Assembly (NCBI GenBank): GCA_963767925.1
Contig: CAVYGB010000002.1
Coordinates: forward strand, 1,504,001-1,568,000
Reading direction: 5' to 3'
Length of the DNA stretch: 64,000 bases
Source of the DNA: an uncultured delta proteobacterium
Lineage (GTDB): Bacteria > Myxococcota_A > Polyangia > Fen-1088
Shown: positions 50,235 through 60,852 of the stretch, piece after piece
How positions within the stretch are numbered: the stretch's first letter is position 1
Layout: each line of letters starts with the position of its first letter
The notes under the pieces: model-generated
Seen by the model: the letters and a program-made list of their open reading frames with translations, nothing else
Told to the model about the DNA's origin: nothing
The model's database searches: none
Translations under genes and position numbers: made by a program

Positions 50235-52088
50235 TCAGGGGCCGGCGCCTTCTCCGGGGGGCTCGGGCTCGGCGGGGGGCAGGTTCGGGACCTCCTCGGG
50301 GTTGAGGGCCACGCCCTTCTGCCGGGGGGCGACCAGGGGCTCGGGGCGGGGGACCGGGCGGGTGTAGAGGCGGTCCTGGCCACCCTGCACCTTGTCGCCC
50401 TGCTGCTGCATGGCGAACCGCTCGCGGTCGCGGCGGCGCACGTCCTCCTCCAGCTCCAGCTGGTAGTCGGCGGGCATCCCCAGCTCCTCCAGGGCGGCGC
50501 GCCCGAAGGTGATGGCGCTCTCGTAGGTCTCGCGCATCTGGAAGTGGGCCCCCTTCTCCAGCACCTCGAGGGCGTGGACCCGGTCGAAGGCCCGGGCGAA
50601 GACCTGGGCCAGGGGGAAGGCCGAACGAACCAGCTCGACGATGCGGGTGGCGCTCTCCTTCTGCTCGACGCACACGCAGATCAGGCGGGCCTTCTCCGCC
50701 CCCGCCGCCCGCAACACGTCGAGGCGGGACCCGTCGCCGTAGTAGACCTTGAACCCGAACCGCCCGGCGGCCTCCAGCATCTCGACGTCGTTGTCGATGG
50801 TCGTGACCTCGATGCCCGCGGGCAGCAACATCTGGCTGACCACCTGCCCGAAGCGCCCGAAGCCGATCAGCAGCACCGAGCCGCCCGCCCCCTCGAAGCT
50901 CTCCTCGCGCGCGGGCGCCGCCTTGGCCCGGGCCAGGCGGGGGGCCAGCGCCGCCAGCAGCGGGCTGAGGGCCATGGTGATGGTGACCAGCGCGACGAGC
51001 AGGGTGGCCTGCTCCTGCTCCATCACGCCCGCCGCCACCGCCGTCGAGAACAGCACGAACCCGAACTCGCCCCCCTGGGGCAGCAGCAGGCCGGTGCGCA
51101 TCGCGGTGACGTGGCCGCCGCCGGTCAGGCGAACCAGGCCGTAGACAACGCCGATCTTGATGGCGGTGAGCAGCACCACCGCCCCCAGCAAGACGCCCCA
51201 GTGGCGGCCGACGATCATCGGATCGACGGTCATGCCGACCGAGATGAAGAACAGCCCCAGCAGCAGCCCCCGGAACGGCTCGATGTCCGCCTCCAGCTCG
51301 TGGCGGTAGCTCGACTCGGCCAGCAGGATGCCCGAGAGGAAGGCCCCCAGCGCCGGGGACAGCCCGGCGTAGGTCATGAGGGCGGCAGCGGCCACCACCA
51401 CCAGCAAGGCGGCGGCGGTCATCACCTCGCGGGCGCGGGCGTTGGCCAGGACGCGGAACAGGGGGTTGAGCAGGAACCGCCCGGCCAGGATCACCACCGC
51501 CAGGGCGCCGACCATCTTGACCGCCGACAGCCAGATCGGGGGGCCGTCGTGCCCGCCCGAGGTGGGGGCCAGGATGGCCACCAGGGCCAGCAGCGGCACC
51601 ACCGCCAGGTCCTGCAGCAGCAAGATGGCGAAGGCCTTCTGCCCGTGGGGCGTCTGCACCTCCCCCTTCTCCTCGAGCATCTGCATCACGAGGGCGGTCG
51701 AGGAGAGGGCGAGCCCCAGCCCGGCGATGAGCGAGCTCTGCCAGCCCCGCCCCACGATCAGCAGGGGGTAGATCATCGCCAGCAGCCCGGTGAGCACGAG
51801 CTGGGCCGACCCCAGCACGAAGATGTCCCGCCGCATGGCCCACAGGCGCGACAGGTTCAGCTCGAGCCCGATGATGAAGAGGAACAGCACGACCCCCAGC
51901 TCGGCGACGTGCATGATCGATCCGGCGTCGGCGAACAGGCCCAGCCCCCGGGGGCCGATCACCAGCCCGGCGGCCAGGTAGCCGAGGATCGATCCCAGGC
52001 GCAGCCAGCGAAACAGCGGCACCGCCACCACCGCAGCGGTGAGGAAGATCAGGATCTGGGTGAAGACAGAAGGCTGCGCGGCGGCCAT
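50235..52088 (-). CDS. CPA2 K+/H+ efflux antiporter with KTN domain (KefB/KefC-like)
   Basis: SSYRHELEADIEPFRGLLLGLFF, QGGEFGFV, GFGRFGQ, VYYGDG. Confidence 0.9.
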   Translation of the reverse strand: MAAAQPSVFTQILIFLTAAVVAVPLFRWLRLGSILGYLAAGLVIGPRGLGLFADAGSIMHVAELGVVLFLFIIGLELNLSRLWAMRRDIFVLGSAQLVLTGLLAMIYPLLIVGRGWQSSLIAGLGLALSSTALVMQMLEEKGEVQTPHGQKAFAILLLQDLAVVPLLALVAILAPTSGGHDGPPIWLSAVKMVGALAVVILAGRFLLNPLFRVLANARAREVMTAAALLVVVAAAALMTYAGLSPALGAFLSGILLAESSYRHELEADIEPFRGLLLGLFFISVGMTVDPMIVGRHWGVLLGAVVLLTAIKIGVVYGLVRLTGGGHVTAMRTGLLLPQGGEFGFVLFSTAVAAGVMEQEQATLLVALVTITMALSPLLAALAPRLARAKAAPAREESFEGAGGSVLLIGFGRFGQVVSQMLLPAGIEVTTIDNDVEMLEAAGRFGFKVYYGDGSRLDVLRAAGAEKARLICVCVEQKESATRIVELVRSAFPLAQVFARAFDRVHALEVLEKGAHFQMRETYESAITFGRAALEELGMPADYQLELEEDVRRRDRERFAMQQQGDKVQGGQDRLYTRPVPRPEPLVAPRQKGVALNPEEVPNLPPAEPEPPGEGAGP

Positions 52089-52177
52089 GGCGCCCGCAGT
52101 GTCCTCCGCGCCGCTCTCACTTTCGAGGCCATTTTTTTCCCCGCTCCGCCCGACCGCCGCCGTCTGCTCGGACGCCC

Positions 52178-52356
52178 CTCACCCCGCCCTCTCCCCTCTC
52201 CCCGCTACGCGGGGCGAGGGCGAACGGACAACGGGAAGCCAAGGTCTCGAAGTTTGCCAGGGGTCGTCCCTCGAAAGAAGATCGATGCACCTCCGCGACA
52301 TGTTCGCCCTCGCCCCGCGGCAGCGGGGAGAGGGAAGGGGTGAGGGGGCTCCGGCG
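52178..52356. repeat. Inverted pair of REP-B elements
   Basis: CCCTCACCCC...GGGGCGAGGGCGAAC and GTTCGCCCTCGCCCC...GGGGTGAGGGG. Confidence 0.8.
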
Positions 52357-52391
52357 GCCGCAGCGTCGGTGCGCGGCCTGCCAGGGCTCTG

Positions 52392-52688
52392 CTAAGGCGG
52401 GTCGGGGCGGAAGGCGCGCTCGGGGTCGGCGAAGGGGGCGGTGAGGGCGAGGGCCCAGCCCGCCAGGGCGGAGAAGGCCAGCAGGAGCACCACGTCGCGG
52501 GCGCCGCCGATGAGGCCGGTGAGGAAGGGGGCGGTCAGCGCCAGCAGGCTGCCCAGCCGGCGGCGGCAGGCCAGGCGGACGATCTCGGCCGGGCGGACGT
52601 CGGCGGTGCGCCGGGTGGGCTGGCCGGCGCGCAGGAACAGCAGGCCGATCGCCATCAGCAGCGCGCCCAGCAGCAGGGCGAGCGTCAC
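52392..52688 (-). CDS. Small membrane protein coupled to the PepSY-TM gene
   Basis: GTGA overlap; three hydrophobic segments. Confidence 0.6.
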   Translation of the reverse strand: MTLALLLGALLMAIGLLFLRAGQPTRRTADVRPAEIVRLACRRRLGSLLALTAPFLTGLIGGARDVVLLLAFSALAGWALALTAPFADPERAFRPDPP

Positions 52689-54349
52689 TTGCGCCCCTCG
52701 GTGGTGGCCAGCTCGCCGACCGCGAGCGCGGGCCGGGCGGGCGCGGTCTCGGCGGCGGCGGCGCTGCGGCCGAGCAGGCGCGCCGCCTGGAACAGGCCGA
52801 AGCCGAGGACCAGCAGGGCGGCGTCGACGAGCGCGGGCGCCGGGTTGCCCGCGTTCCAGCTCCGCAAGGTGGTCGCGCCGGTGGCGGCCATCGCCAGCAG
52901 GGGCAGGGCCACTGCCAGCGCGCCCGCCGCCCGGAGCAGCCCGCGCAGCGTCCGGCGCAGCGAGGTCGCCCGCAGGGCCAGCAGGATCGACAGCGCCAGC
53001 AGCAGGCCGGCCGTCAGGCCCATGGCGGGGATCGCGCCGAGCGAGAGGCGCAGGGCCGCGGCCCAGGCCAGCACCGCCCCGAAGGTCGCGAGCGGCATCC
53101 CGGCCATGGTGCCGGCGAGCAGGCGGCGCATGGTCTCGGGCGCGCCTCCGCTGGCCCGGCGGGACTCCCGCCGCCGCTCGCTCCAGACCAGGGTCCCGGT
53201 GCAGGTGAGCACGCAGCAGCCGATGCCGAGGAAGGCCCACAGGATGCGCGACAGGGGGCCGCCGAAGTTGCCGTAGTGCAGGGGCCCCATCCAGGAGAAG
53301 ATCGCCCCGCCCACCGAGGGGCCGGTCCCCAGCGGAGACCTCTCGCGCACGAAGGCGCCGGTCACGCCGTCGTAGCGGAGCTGGGCCGGCGCCACCCGCG
53401 CGCCTACCTCGCCGAGGCCGATGTCGATGGTCGAGCCGCTCTGTCCCCGGTGGGCCAGGGCCATGAACCCCAGGTGCGCGCCCGGGGCCCGGCGGCGGGC
53501 GTCCCGGAGGACGGCGTCGAGGTCGGCCCCCGCGGTGGGGGTCCGGGGGCCGGCGTGCTCGACCTCGCCGACCAGGGCCTCCTGCAGGGCCAGCTCGTTG
53601 CCAGAGAAGGCCACCTTGGCCAGCGCCGGCAGCAGCAGAGCGTCGCCGAAGCTGAAGAAGGCCCCGGTGAAGGCCAGCACGGCGCCGTAGGGGAGGAGCC
53701 ACACCCCGGTGGCCGTGTGCAGGTCGCGGTAGAGCTGGCGGGGGCGGGCCTGGCGCCGCACCCGGAAGGCCTCGGCCAGGAAGCGGCGGTGCACGAGCAC
53801 CCCGGTCAGCAGCAGCACCATGAGCGCGAAGCCGACAACCCCGGTGGCGTAGAGCCCGACCGGCTCGGGGATCAGGAGCTGCACGTGCAGGTCGACGAAG
53901 AAGTGGCTGAGGGCCTCGATCCCGCTGGGCTCGAACACGTCGTCGGCGATGCCGTCACGCCGCTGCAGCACCTGGTGGCTGGCCGGGTCGACATCGAAGC
54001 GGGCCCCCCGCTCGACGACCTTGCCCCAGGCGTCGACGCCGTGGGTGTGGAAAAACAGGATCAGCGGGCGGCTCGGGCGCTGGAAGATCGACACCTCTTC
54101 GCGCCAGGCCGGCTCGACCTGCGCCGAAAGCCGGTCGACCAGGGCGCCGAGCTCCGGGCGATCCATCTGCTCGAGCGCGGCGATGGGGCGGGCCCGGCCG
54201 GCCCAGGCCTCGAGCTCGCCGGAGAACACGGCGATGGCCCCGGTGAAGAAGACGACCAGCGCCAGCAGGCCCAGGCTCACCCCGGTCACGCTGTGCAGCC
54301 AGTACAGCGCCCGGCGGACAGAACCTCGCTGCTCCTCGGAATCGTCCAT
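52685..54349 (-). CDS. PepSY-associated TM helix protein (iron-regulated membrane protein family)
   Basis: LH..TG....L....FFTGAIAVF, FFVDLH, DLHTATG, PLHYGNFGG. Confidence 0.85.
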   Translation of the reverse strand: MDDSEEQRGSVRRALYWLHSVTGVSLGLLALVVFFTGAIAVFSGELEAWAGRARPIAALEQMDRPELGALVDRLSAQVEPAWREEVSIFQRPSRPLILFFHTHGVDAWGKVVERGARFDVDPASHQVLQRRDGIADDVFEPSGIEALSHFFVDLHVQLLIPEPVGLYATGVVGFALMVLLLTGVLVHRRFLAEAFRVRRQARPRQLYRDLHTATGVWLLPYGAVLAFTGAFFSFGDALLLPALAKVAFSGNELALQEALVGEVEHAGPRTPTAGADLDAVLRDARRRAPGAHLGFMALAHRGQSGSTIDIGLGEVGARVAPAQLRYDGVTGAFVRERSPLGTGPSVGGAIFSWMGPLHYGNFGGPLSRILWAFLGIGCCVLTCTGTLVWSERRRESRRASGGAPETMRRLLAGTMAGMPLATFGAVLAWAAALRLSLGAIPAMGLTAGLLLALSILLALRATSLRRTLRGLLRAAGALAVALPLLAMAATGATTLRSWNAGNPAPALVDAALLVLGFGLFQAARLLGRSAAAAETAPARPALAVGELATTEGRK

Positions 54350-54374
54350 GGCCGCCTTTCGCTCCAGGTCCTCG

Positions 54375-54668
54375 TCAGCCGATGCGCAACCAGAGCGTGA
54401 CGCCGTGTGCGCCGCCGAGCGCCTCCAGGAACAGCCAGGCCGCCCGCCCCCGCCGCCCGGCCAGGTAGACGCCCAGGGCCAGCCCGGTCCAGACCAGCGG
54501 GAACAGCACCACCGGCAACACCAGGTGATCCACCCGCCCCCGCCCCGGCGGCAGCCACAGGGTCGCGCCCAGCGCCACCAGGAAGGCCACCACGAAGGTC
54601 ACCAGAATCGCGGCGGCGCTGGCCGCCGCGCGCGCCAGCCCGCCCTGCGCACCCCGGACCCGGCCCAT
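54375..54668 (-). CDS. Small membrane protein, first gene of the PepSY-TM operon
   Basis: Three hydrophobic segments, DHLVLPVVLFPLVW; start uncertain. Confidence 0.6.
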   Translation of the reverse strand: MGRVRGAQGGLARAAASAAAILVTFVVAFLVALGATLWLPPGRGRVDHLVLPVVLFPLVWTGLALGVYLAGRRGRAAWLFLEALGGAHGVTLWLRIG

Positions 54669-54669
54669 T

Positions 54670-54686
54670 GTGAAAGCGATATTCAC
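54670..54686. promoter_or_regulatory. Fur-box-like palindrome
   Basis: GTGAAAGCGATATTCAC, AT-rich dyad directly upstream of an iron-uptake-type operon. Confidence 0.5.
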
Positions 54687-55086
54687 TTTATCTAACTGGC
54701 TCAGTCGCCGCCCCTCTGTCAAGCCCCGGGCCTACCCGGAGCGAGGCGGTGTCCGGCCCGAGGAGACGCGGGGGCAGCGTTCAGAGGCTCACGGTAGAAC
54801 CGCCGGCTTTCCGCTTCGATCCGTTTCACGTCGCGCATCCGTCGGCAGCGCCACGTCCTAACGTATCCCTGCCGAACTCTCGTGGCCGGAAACCATGTTG
54901 CCGGGCGGAACCGTTGCGCGTCGGCCTGAGGCGTATCGTTCAGCGTCGGCACCAGAGCGTTGCGATTGAAGGAAAGTTTCGTCCCTGTGTCCCGGCGGGT
55001 CCCTTCTCGCTGACCTTAGGGGACAACAACGTTTAAGTACTTGCATTAAACGCGTCGTGCCGACGCCAATCTGTAAGGAGACACAC

Positions 55087-55452
55087 ATGTCTGGAAGGTC
55101 CCGAAGCACGCTCCTCTTGGTAGCTTGCGGCATTCTCGCTGCCGCGATTGGGAATTTGGCATCCAACCGCGTCGAGGCGGCCGACTACATCTGCTCTCGA
55201 GATGATCCGGAAACCAAGTGGGAGTTGGCTCTTACTGGCGCCGGCGTCGGGGAGTCGAAGTCCCACGCTCGTGAGTTGGCGAAAGACGACGCGAATACCA
55301 AGTGCAACCAGCAACAAGATGGCGGAAAGGCGGGCGCGGGCTGCTGTGCCCCGGCGGACTGCGACGCGTCATGCGTTATGTTTATGGACCACCTGCCTTG
55401 CGTTGCGTCAGTGATCGGGTGGCCCTGGGTAACCAACATCATCATCTACTGA
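55087..55452 (+). CDS. Secreted Cys-rich small protein (possible read-through to 55515)
   Basis: TAAGGAG RBS, signal peptide ending VEA-A, 7 Cys in the mature part. Confidence 0.65.
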   Translation: MSGRSRSTLLLVACGILAAAIGNLASNRVEAADYICSRDDPETKWELALTGAGVGESKSHARELAKDDANTKCNQQQDGGKAGAGCCAPADCDASCVMFMDHLPCVASVIGWPWVTNIIIY

Positions 55453-55686
55453 GGCTGCTACCTGGGATCGCCGGCCCAACTTCGTGATTTCAGGTGCAAC
55501 GTGTCAGCCGATTGACCGAAGGAACGCCGCGCGACATGACAGGCGGAAAAGCCCTCAGGCCCCATCTTTTTCGCTTGTGCGTTACCGGCCTCGAACCGCG
55601 ACCAACGGTCACGCGTCCCAACGGAGGATGGATTGAGAATATCAACCGACCTAGGCGCGGAGCACAGTCCCGGCGTCAGCGGCGAT

Positions 55687-56860
55687 ATGGGGACGAAGAG
55701 ACTTGGTGCTTTGCCCGTCATTTGGGGCGCTTGCTTGGTCTCGGCGGCAGCCTGGTTTCTGAGCGATGCCACCAGCGTCTTTTCCTCCACTCTACCCTGT
55801 GAGACTGCTCCGATCGGCCGCTTCCGAGCAATCCGGCTGGAAGGCTTGTCGCTGTCGGCCTTCGCCTTGGCGCTGTTTTCGACGCTGCTTGTTACGTCCG
55901 TTTCCGCGCGACGCGCGAGTGATGTCATCGACCGGCAGCTTTTTGCGAACATCACGCTTGCTTCGAGCGTCCTCGCCTCGGCGCTCGCCTGGGTGCTTGT
56001 CCGAATGGCGGGGCGCGCGTTCACTCGCCAATCCCGCCTTCCTGATAATTGCGATTGCTCCTGTAGTCGGGTTGGCTGTCGCTGTTCTGACTCGACGTCC
56101 GGCGGGACACCAGTCACCGCGGCTCTCCGACCTAAACGCGTTCGTCCAGCGCCACGGTGGAACCCTCGCAACATTGATTGTCATTGGTGTCGGCATCGTC
56201 ACGCTCGACTGCCTCGTGTTGCCTCAGGATCGGCGCCCCCGCCTTTCACAGTTCGACTTTCCAGAACAGCTCCTCCGATCGGAGACCGGTCGGATCACGC
56301 TCTTTGAGCGCGTCGAGCAGGCACGTGATCCCGACGCGCGTCGCCTGCTCGAACCTGGGAAGGTCGTCGTTACGCGATTTTCAGATGCCAGCTGCCAAGG
56401 GTGCAAGACGACCTATTTTGGTTATCGTGAGGTACTGGCGTCCTTGCGCCGCCGTCACGAGGACGTCGTGGTTCAGGTACGGGACTTTCCGCTCGACCTT
56501 TCGTGCAAACCCAGGCATCAGCAGCGCTCTTTCCCAAGCCGGCCGCTGTCTCGCGGCCACAACGGCGCGATTGGCCGCTGTGTCTGGAGTGCGGGACGAA
56601 ATGGATGACTGGCTGCACGCGACGGTTAAGCCGTTCGGCACGGGATATCGAAGCCCACGCGAGGACGCTGAATGTCCGTATAACGGATACTTTGCGCGAG
56701 AAGGCCATTCAGGAGGTGCGCGCTGACCTCTTCGTCGCCACTCAGGTGAAGCTGCGCGAGCTTCCGGGCTTGTTTGTCAACGATATCCGGTTGCCGTCGG
56801 TCGCCCCCCCCGGTACTCCAGGCAATCGTGGAACGTGAATTGGAAAGTATTATAAAATGA
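55687..56860 (+). pseudogene. Membrane domain (VKOR-like position) plus DsbA/thioredoxin fusion, about 4 frameshifts
   Basis: FSDASCQGC, RDFPLDLSC/NP and LPGLFVND spread across frames. Confidence 0.65.
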
Positions 56861-57561
56861 AAACCAAACTGCTGATCGTCTCCCTCGCCGGCGCTGTGAT
56901 TGGCGGCCTCATCTTCATTGCATTTTATGCTTCTAGATCCCGCCGACCGACTCATGACGCAGCCATCGACATGCGGGGCGAACCCAAAAATGCTGTGCCC
57001 GCAGACAAGTCGGAGCAGTTTCTGCCGCGCGCTCCGGTTCCTCGCTTGGCGGTCACCGCGACACCAGAACGACCGGATGATCAGGAAAAGCGGCCTCAAG
57101 TCCCGAGCGACTGGAACGAGGAGGAGAGCGGCCCTTTCGAGGCAGATCTGAGACCTGGGCATCGAGAGCTGACCACCGTCCCCCTCCTGCGAGAAAAGCG
57201 CTTGAAGGACTTCGAGTCGACCGCCGAGTTGGGGCCGCCCGAGCGCGAACGACTCCGCGCGCTGGCCGACGACGTAAATGACCGATTTATAGCTGAATTC
57301 GAACGGACCGTCCTCCCTGCGCTCTCTACCGAGGATCGCAACGAAGGCATGCGAGTGCGGGAGGAGTTCTTGCGCACGACGCTTCGAATGTTCTCGGACG
57401 CTCAGCGAGAGGTGGAGGGACTCAGTCCCACCGCGCGCGACGTTGCAAAGAGCCAGAAGTTCGGTCCGATGGCCATGATGGGCGCCCAGGCGCTTCACAA
57501 ACTCTACATATTCAATCGCCGCTTCAAACGATTCGACACCAACTCCGTCGCTACACCCTGA
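56857..57561 (+). CDS. Hypothetical membrane-anchored helical protein
   Basis: N-terminal TM segment; ATGA overlap with the upstream gene. Confidence 0.6.
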   Translation: MKTKLLIVSLAGAVIGGLIFIAFYASRSRRPTHDAAIDMRGEPKNAVPADKSEQFLPRAPVPRLAVTATPERPDDQEKRPQVPSDWNEEESGPFEADLRPGHRELTTVPLLREKRLKDFESTAELGPPERERLRALADDVNDRFIAEFERTVLPALSTEDRNEGMRVREEFLRTTLRMFSDAQREVEGLSPTARDVAKSQKFGPMAMMGAQALHKLYIFNRRFKRFDTNSVATP

Positions 57562-57625
57562 GGATCCTCCAGCTCCTTGGAAACGCCCGACTTCTCCCGC
57601 CCAGCCGTCCCCGGCCACCAACGGT

Positions 57626-59370
57626 GTGTTGATCCCTATCTTGAATAGGCTGCGTCTCAGCCTGTCGGGGTGGCCGCCTCTGGGCGGGTTATTTTCTCTC
57701 GCCACGGTAACATCGAGTTTTCTAGTGCTGAAGTGCTTCTCGCTTCAGCCACAGGTCAACGACGACGGGCTCTACTTTTACGCGGCTGCTCGAACGGCTT
57801 CGGGCGCGCTACCCTATTCCGACTTCTTCTTCGCTCACCCGCCGCTTCACCTTGTTCCCACGGCAATCGCCTTTGCGGTGTTTGGATATCGTTGGTGGCT
57901 TGCAAAAGCCCTCATATTCGGACTGTCGACATTGCAGGGCTTCTGTGTCTACCTGACCGTCCGTCGTTTCGCGCAGGACCGCCATCCGCTGCAGCGGGAG
58001 GCGGCGGCAGTTTTCGGAGTGCTTATGCTGTTCTTCGGGTCGGAGACGTTCCTGGTGGCCTCATCGAATGACACCGGACTCGTGCAGAGTAGCGCCTGGC
58101 TCGGCCTCTCGGTCACGCTCCTCGTGCATCAGCGACCTAGGTCCGCTGGCTTCTTTGCCGGTGCGGCGGCGATGACGTCGATTCAAACCTTCCCGCTAGT
58201 CGCTGCACTTGGTGTCGTGACGAAAATGGTTGGACCGCGGCGGAGCGCCCTCCAGTTCGTCTTGGTGGCCCTCAGCGTGGTCCTTCTCGTACACGCGGCC
58301 GCCGTTTCCTGGTCGGGAATTCACTTCTTCCAACAGGTTTATAGCTTTCACCTCGCCAAGATCGGTTCGAGAGGCGAAGGGTCAAACGAGCTTGCACGCC
58401 TATTTTGGAACGACTGGCCGCTGTTCGTCGCCTCAGCCGCTGGCGCTACAATTCTCACGTCGACCCCCGGAAAGCAGAGAATACTCACCGCGCTGACTGT
58501 AGCCTCCCTCGGACTCTTTCTCGGAGTCATGGTCTCTAGACCCCGGGTCTTTTACTGGTATTTCCTCCCAGTGCTCTTTCCGGCAGCCGTGCTGGCTGGC
58601 CTTGCGCTGGCGCTACTGGTGGACACCATGAGGCCCAAGAAGAGCCCGTCCGCGGCCACCTACCCATCACGATGGGCTTGGGTATTCTTCGGCGGTCTGT
58701 CTATTTTGATGGGTCAACCGGACGAAGGGCTCGCGACGGCGTGCGTTCCCCGCACGAAGATTCGACACAGTACGATCGCAGGACCATTTACAAGTGGGTC
58801 GATGCTCCAGGCCTCGGCCCGCTGAACGCCCTTATCCGGACTGTCTGGTGGCAGGAGGGCCGGAGAGCCGCACCCGGCCGCCGGCACAACCTGATCACAG
58901 AGTATCTCTGGCGGCAGTCAAACTGGTTGGATTCGTTGCCAGCGATCATTTCTACCGTCCAGGGCCTTGTCGCCCAGGCGCCGAAAATTAACCTCTTTGG
59001 CGACTACGGCACTGTGCCTTTGGTAGCGCTGGGGGTCGGCGTCCGCGTAGCCGATGATTTCGTCGACACGACCGGTCAACGTCTCAAAGCGGGCTTCGCG
59101 CCGTTCGGAGAGATTTCGCGGCTTCTTGGTGCGGCTGACGATCCACTCATACTGCTCCGGACCGGGGGCTCTGGAATTAACTCCCTCCCCGCAATGAACG
59201 TTTACCTGACGCGGTCGTTCGAGCGCATTGGTGTCTTTCGTAGCTCCGCCGGGGTCGAGCACGTCCTATATCGAAGACCATCGGCTGCCTGGATCCGACC
59301 TGGTGTTCCGACTCGACCTGTAGGCGTGGGGTTGTCCCGGGCTCTGGTCGTGATTCCGGTCGAGGCGTGA
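57626..59370 (+). pseudogene. GT-C (ArnT/PMT-like) membrane glycosyltransferase, one frameshift near 58715
   Basis: NDDGLYFYAA...GALPYSDFFFAHPP; continues in ORF 58672-59370. Confidence 0.65.
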
Positions 59371-59443
59371 TAGCGCGCGCGCTTCCCAGTTCCGCTTCCC
59401 GAGCGGGGTATAGGAGCGAGCGGGCGCGGAAGTGAGAAGGCCG

Positions 59444-60847
59444 CTACGGCGCCGGCTGGGTGAGGACGTACCCGCCGTCGGCCTTTAGGACGCGGCCGGT
59501 GCGGATGAGCTCGGCGAGCGCCTCGTAGAGTCGGGAGTTGCGGATCTTGCAGGCGTCGCGGATCTCGGCGATGGGGACCGGAGCGTGTGCAGCGGCGAGA
59601 GCGTGGACGATCAGATCCGGGGGAGCGAGGGCAGGCTCAGGTTCGAGGGACGAGTCAGCCGGCTTACCTTCAGCGATGCGGAGCGCGAGTGCGTCGCCGT
59701 CGGCGTGCAGGTCGAGGCCCAGGGCAGCGATGGAGGGCGCCGCGCGCTGCTCGACGGAAAGGACGAGGCGGCCATCGTGGCTGCGCCGCAAGTAGAGGTT
59801 GGAGTCGCCCCAGGCGTGGAATTCGCTCGATCCGCGGAGAGCCTGGCCGGCGCGGGCGCGGGCGCCGCCCTTGCGGGCGTGGTGCACGAGGACTACAGCG
59901 GTGTGAAAGCGGCGTTGTAGCTCGCGCAGGAAGGCGAGCAGCGGAGCGACCTCACCGCTGGCATTTTCGTCGACGCGGTGAAGACGGACGAAAGGGTCAA
60001 GGACGAGCAAGCGTGGACGGAGGGCTTCGACGGTGTCGATGAGGCGGACGCGGTCTTGCTGCAGGTCGAGGCGTACGGAGACGGCGGTGATGACGTGGAC
60101 GTCGAGTTGCGGGAAGCCGACGCCGGCGGCGCGACAGATCCCCTCGAGACGGCGGCGGACGACGTGCAGGGCGTCTTCGGCAGCGAAGAGGAGGACGGGC
60201 CCCTTGTCGGCGACGGGGAATTGGCGCAGGCAAGGGGCGCCCGAGGCGACGGCGACGGCCAGGTCGAGGGCGAGAAAGGACTTGCAGCACTTGGGCTCAC
60301 CGCCCACGATGCCGACGGCCTGGGCGGCCCATGAGCGTGAGCACGTTGTTTGAGGGTGTTTCGATCAAGTTATTCGAGGGGATCGACGCCGCGCCGAAAG
60401 CCCGGGTTCCGCGCGCCACCGACAACTTCTCCTGGACACTGTCCGTCGGGCGCGCGGTTGCGCCTCGCTGCCCGCGGGGACGTCGTCGAACCTACCGGGG
60501 CTCGACGCGCGCTTGCCGTCTCCGGCGTGCAGCGAGGCGCTCCCCTCAGAAAACCTGATCATGGGTCCCTTCATGGCGGCGAATCAGCGACGGTGCTCGA
60601 AACATGGGAAATTTGCTGCGCCGGCGAGGCGTTGACTTCCTGCATCTCTTTTCATGTTTCCGAGGGACGAGTTCCCGGGACTCCGGGTCTTTACGCGCCC
60701 CGTCCCGCAGGAATCTTGATCAGGTTCGCTCGAAATCCCCTCAGACAAGATGCCTGTGCTCACCCACAGGTCGCGGACGAGCCAGCGCTGCTCCTCGGGG
60801 ACTGTCTTGAGGTCAGCCGCGCGGCGGGTGGGAAGCGGTGAGCCCAT
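59444..60847 (-). pseudogene. AAA_25/RepA-like ATPase with C-terminal wHTH, interrupted by a MITE
   Basis: Excision restores WLVRDLWAAQAVGIVGGEPKCCKS; LLVLDP, VHHARK, RGSS. Confidence 0.85.
60332..60762. mobile_element. 431-bp non-autonomous element with IS3-family-like ends
   Basis: TG...CA termini, ~26-bp imperfect IRs, 4-bp target duplication CCCA (60328-60331 and 60763-60766). Confidence 0.9.
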
Positions 60848-60852
60848 GAGAG

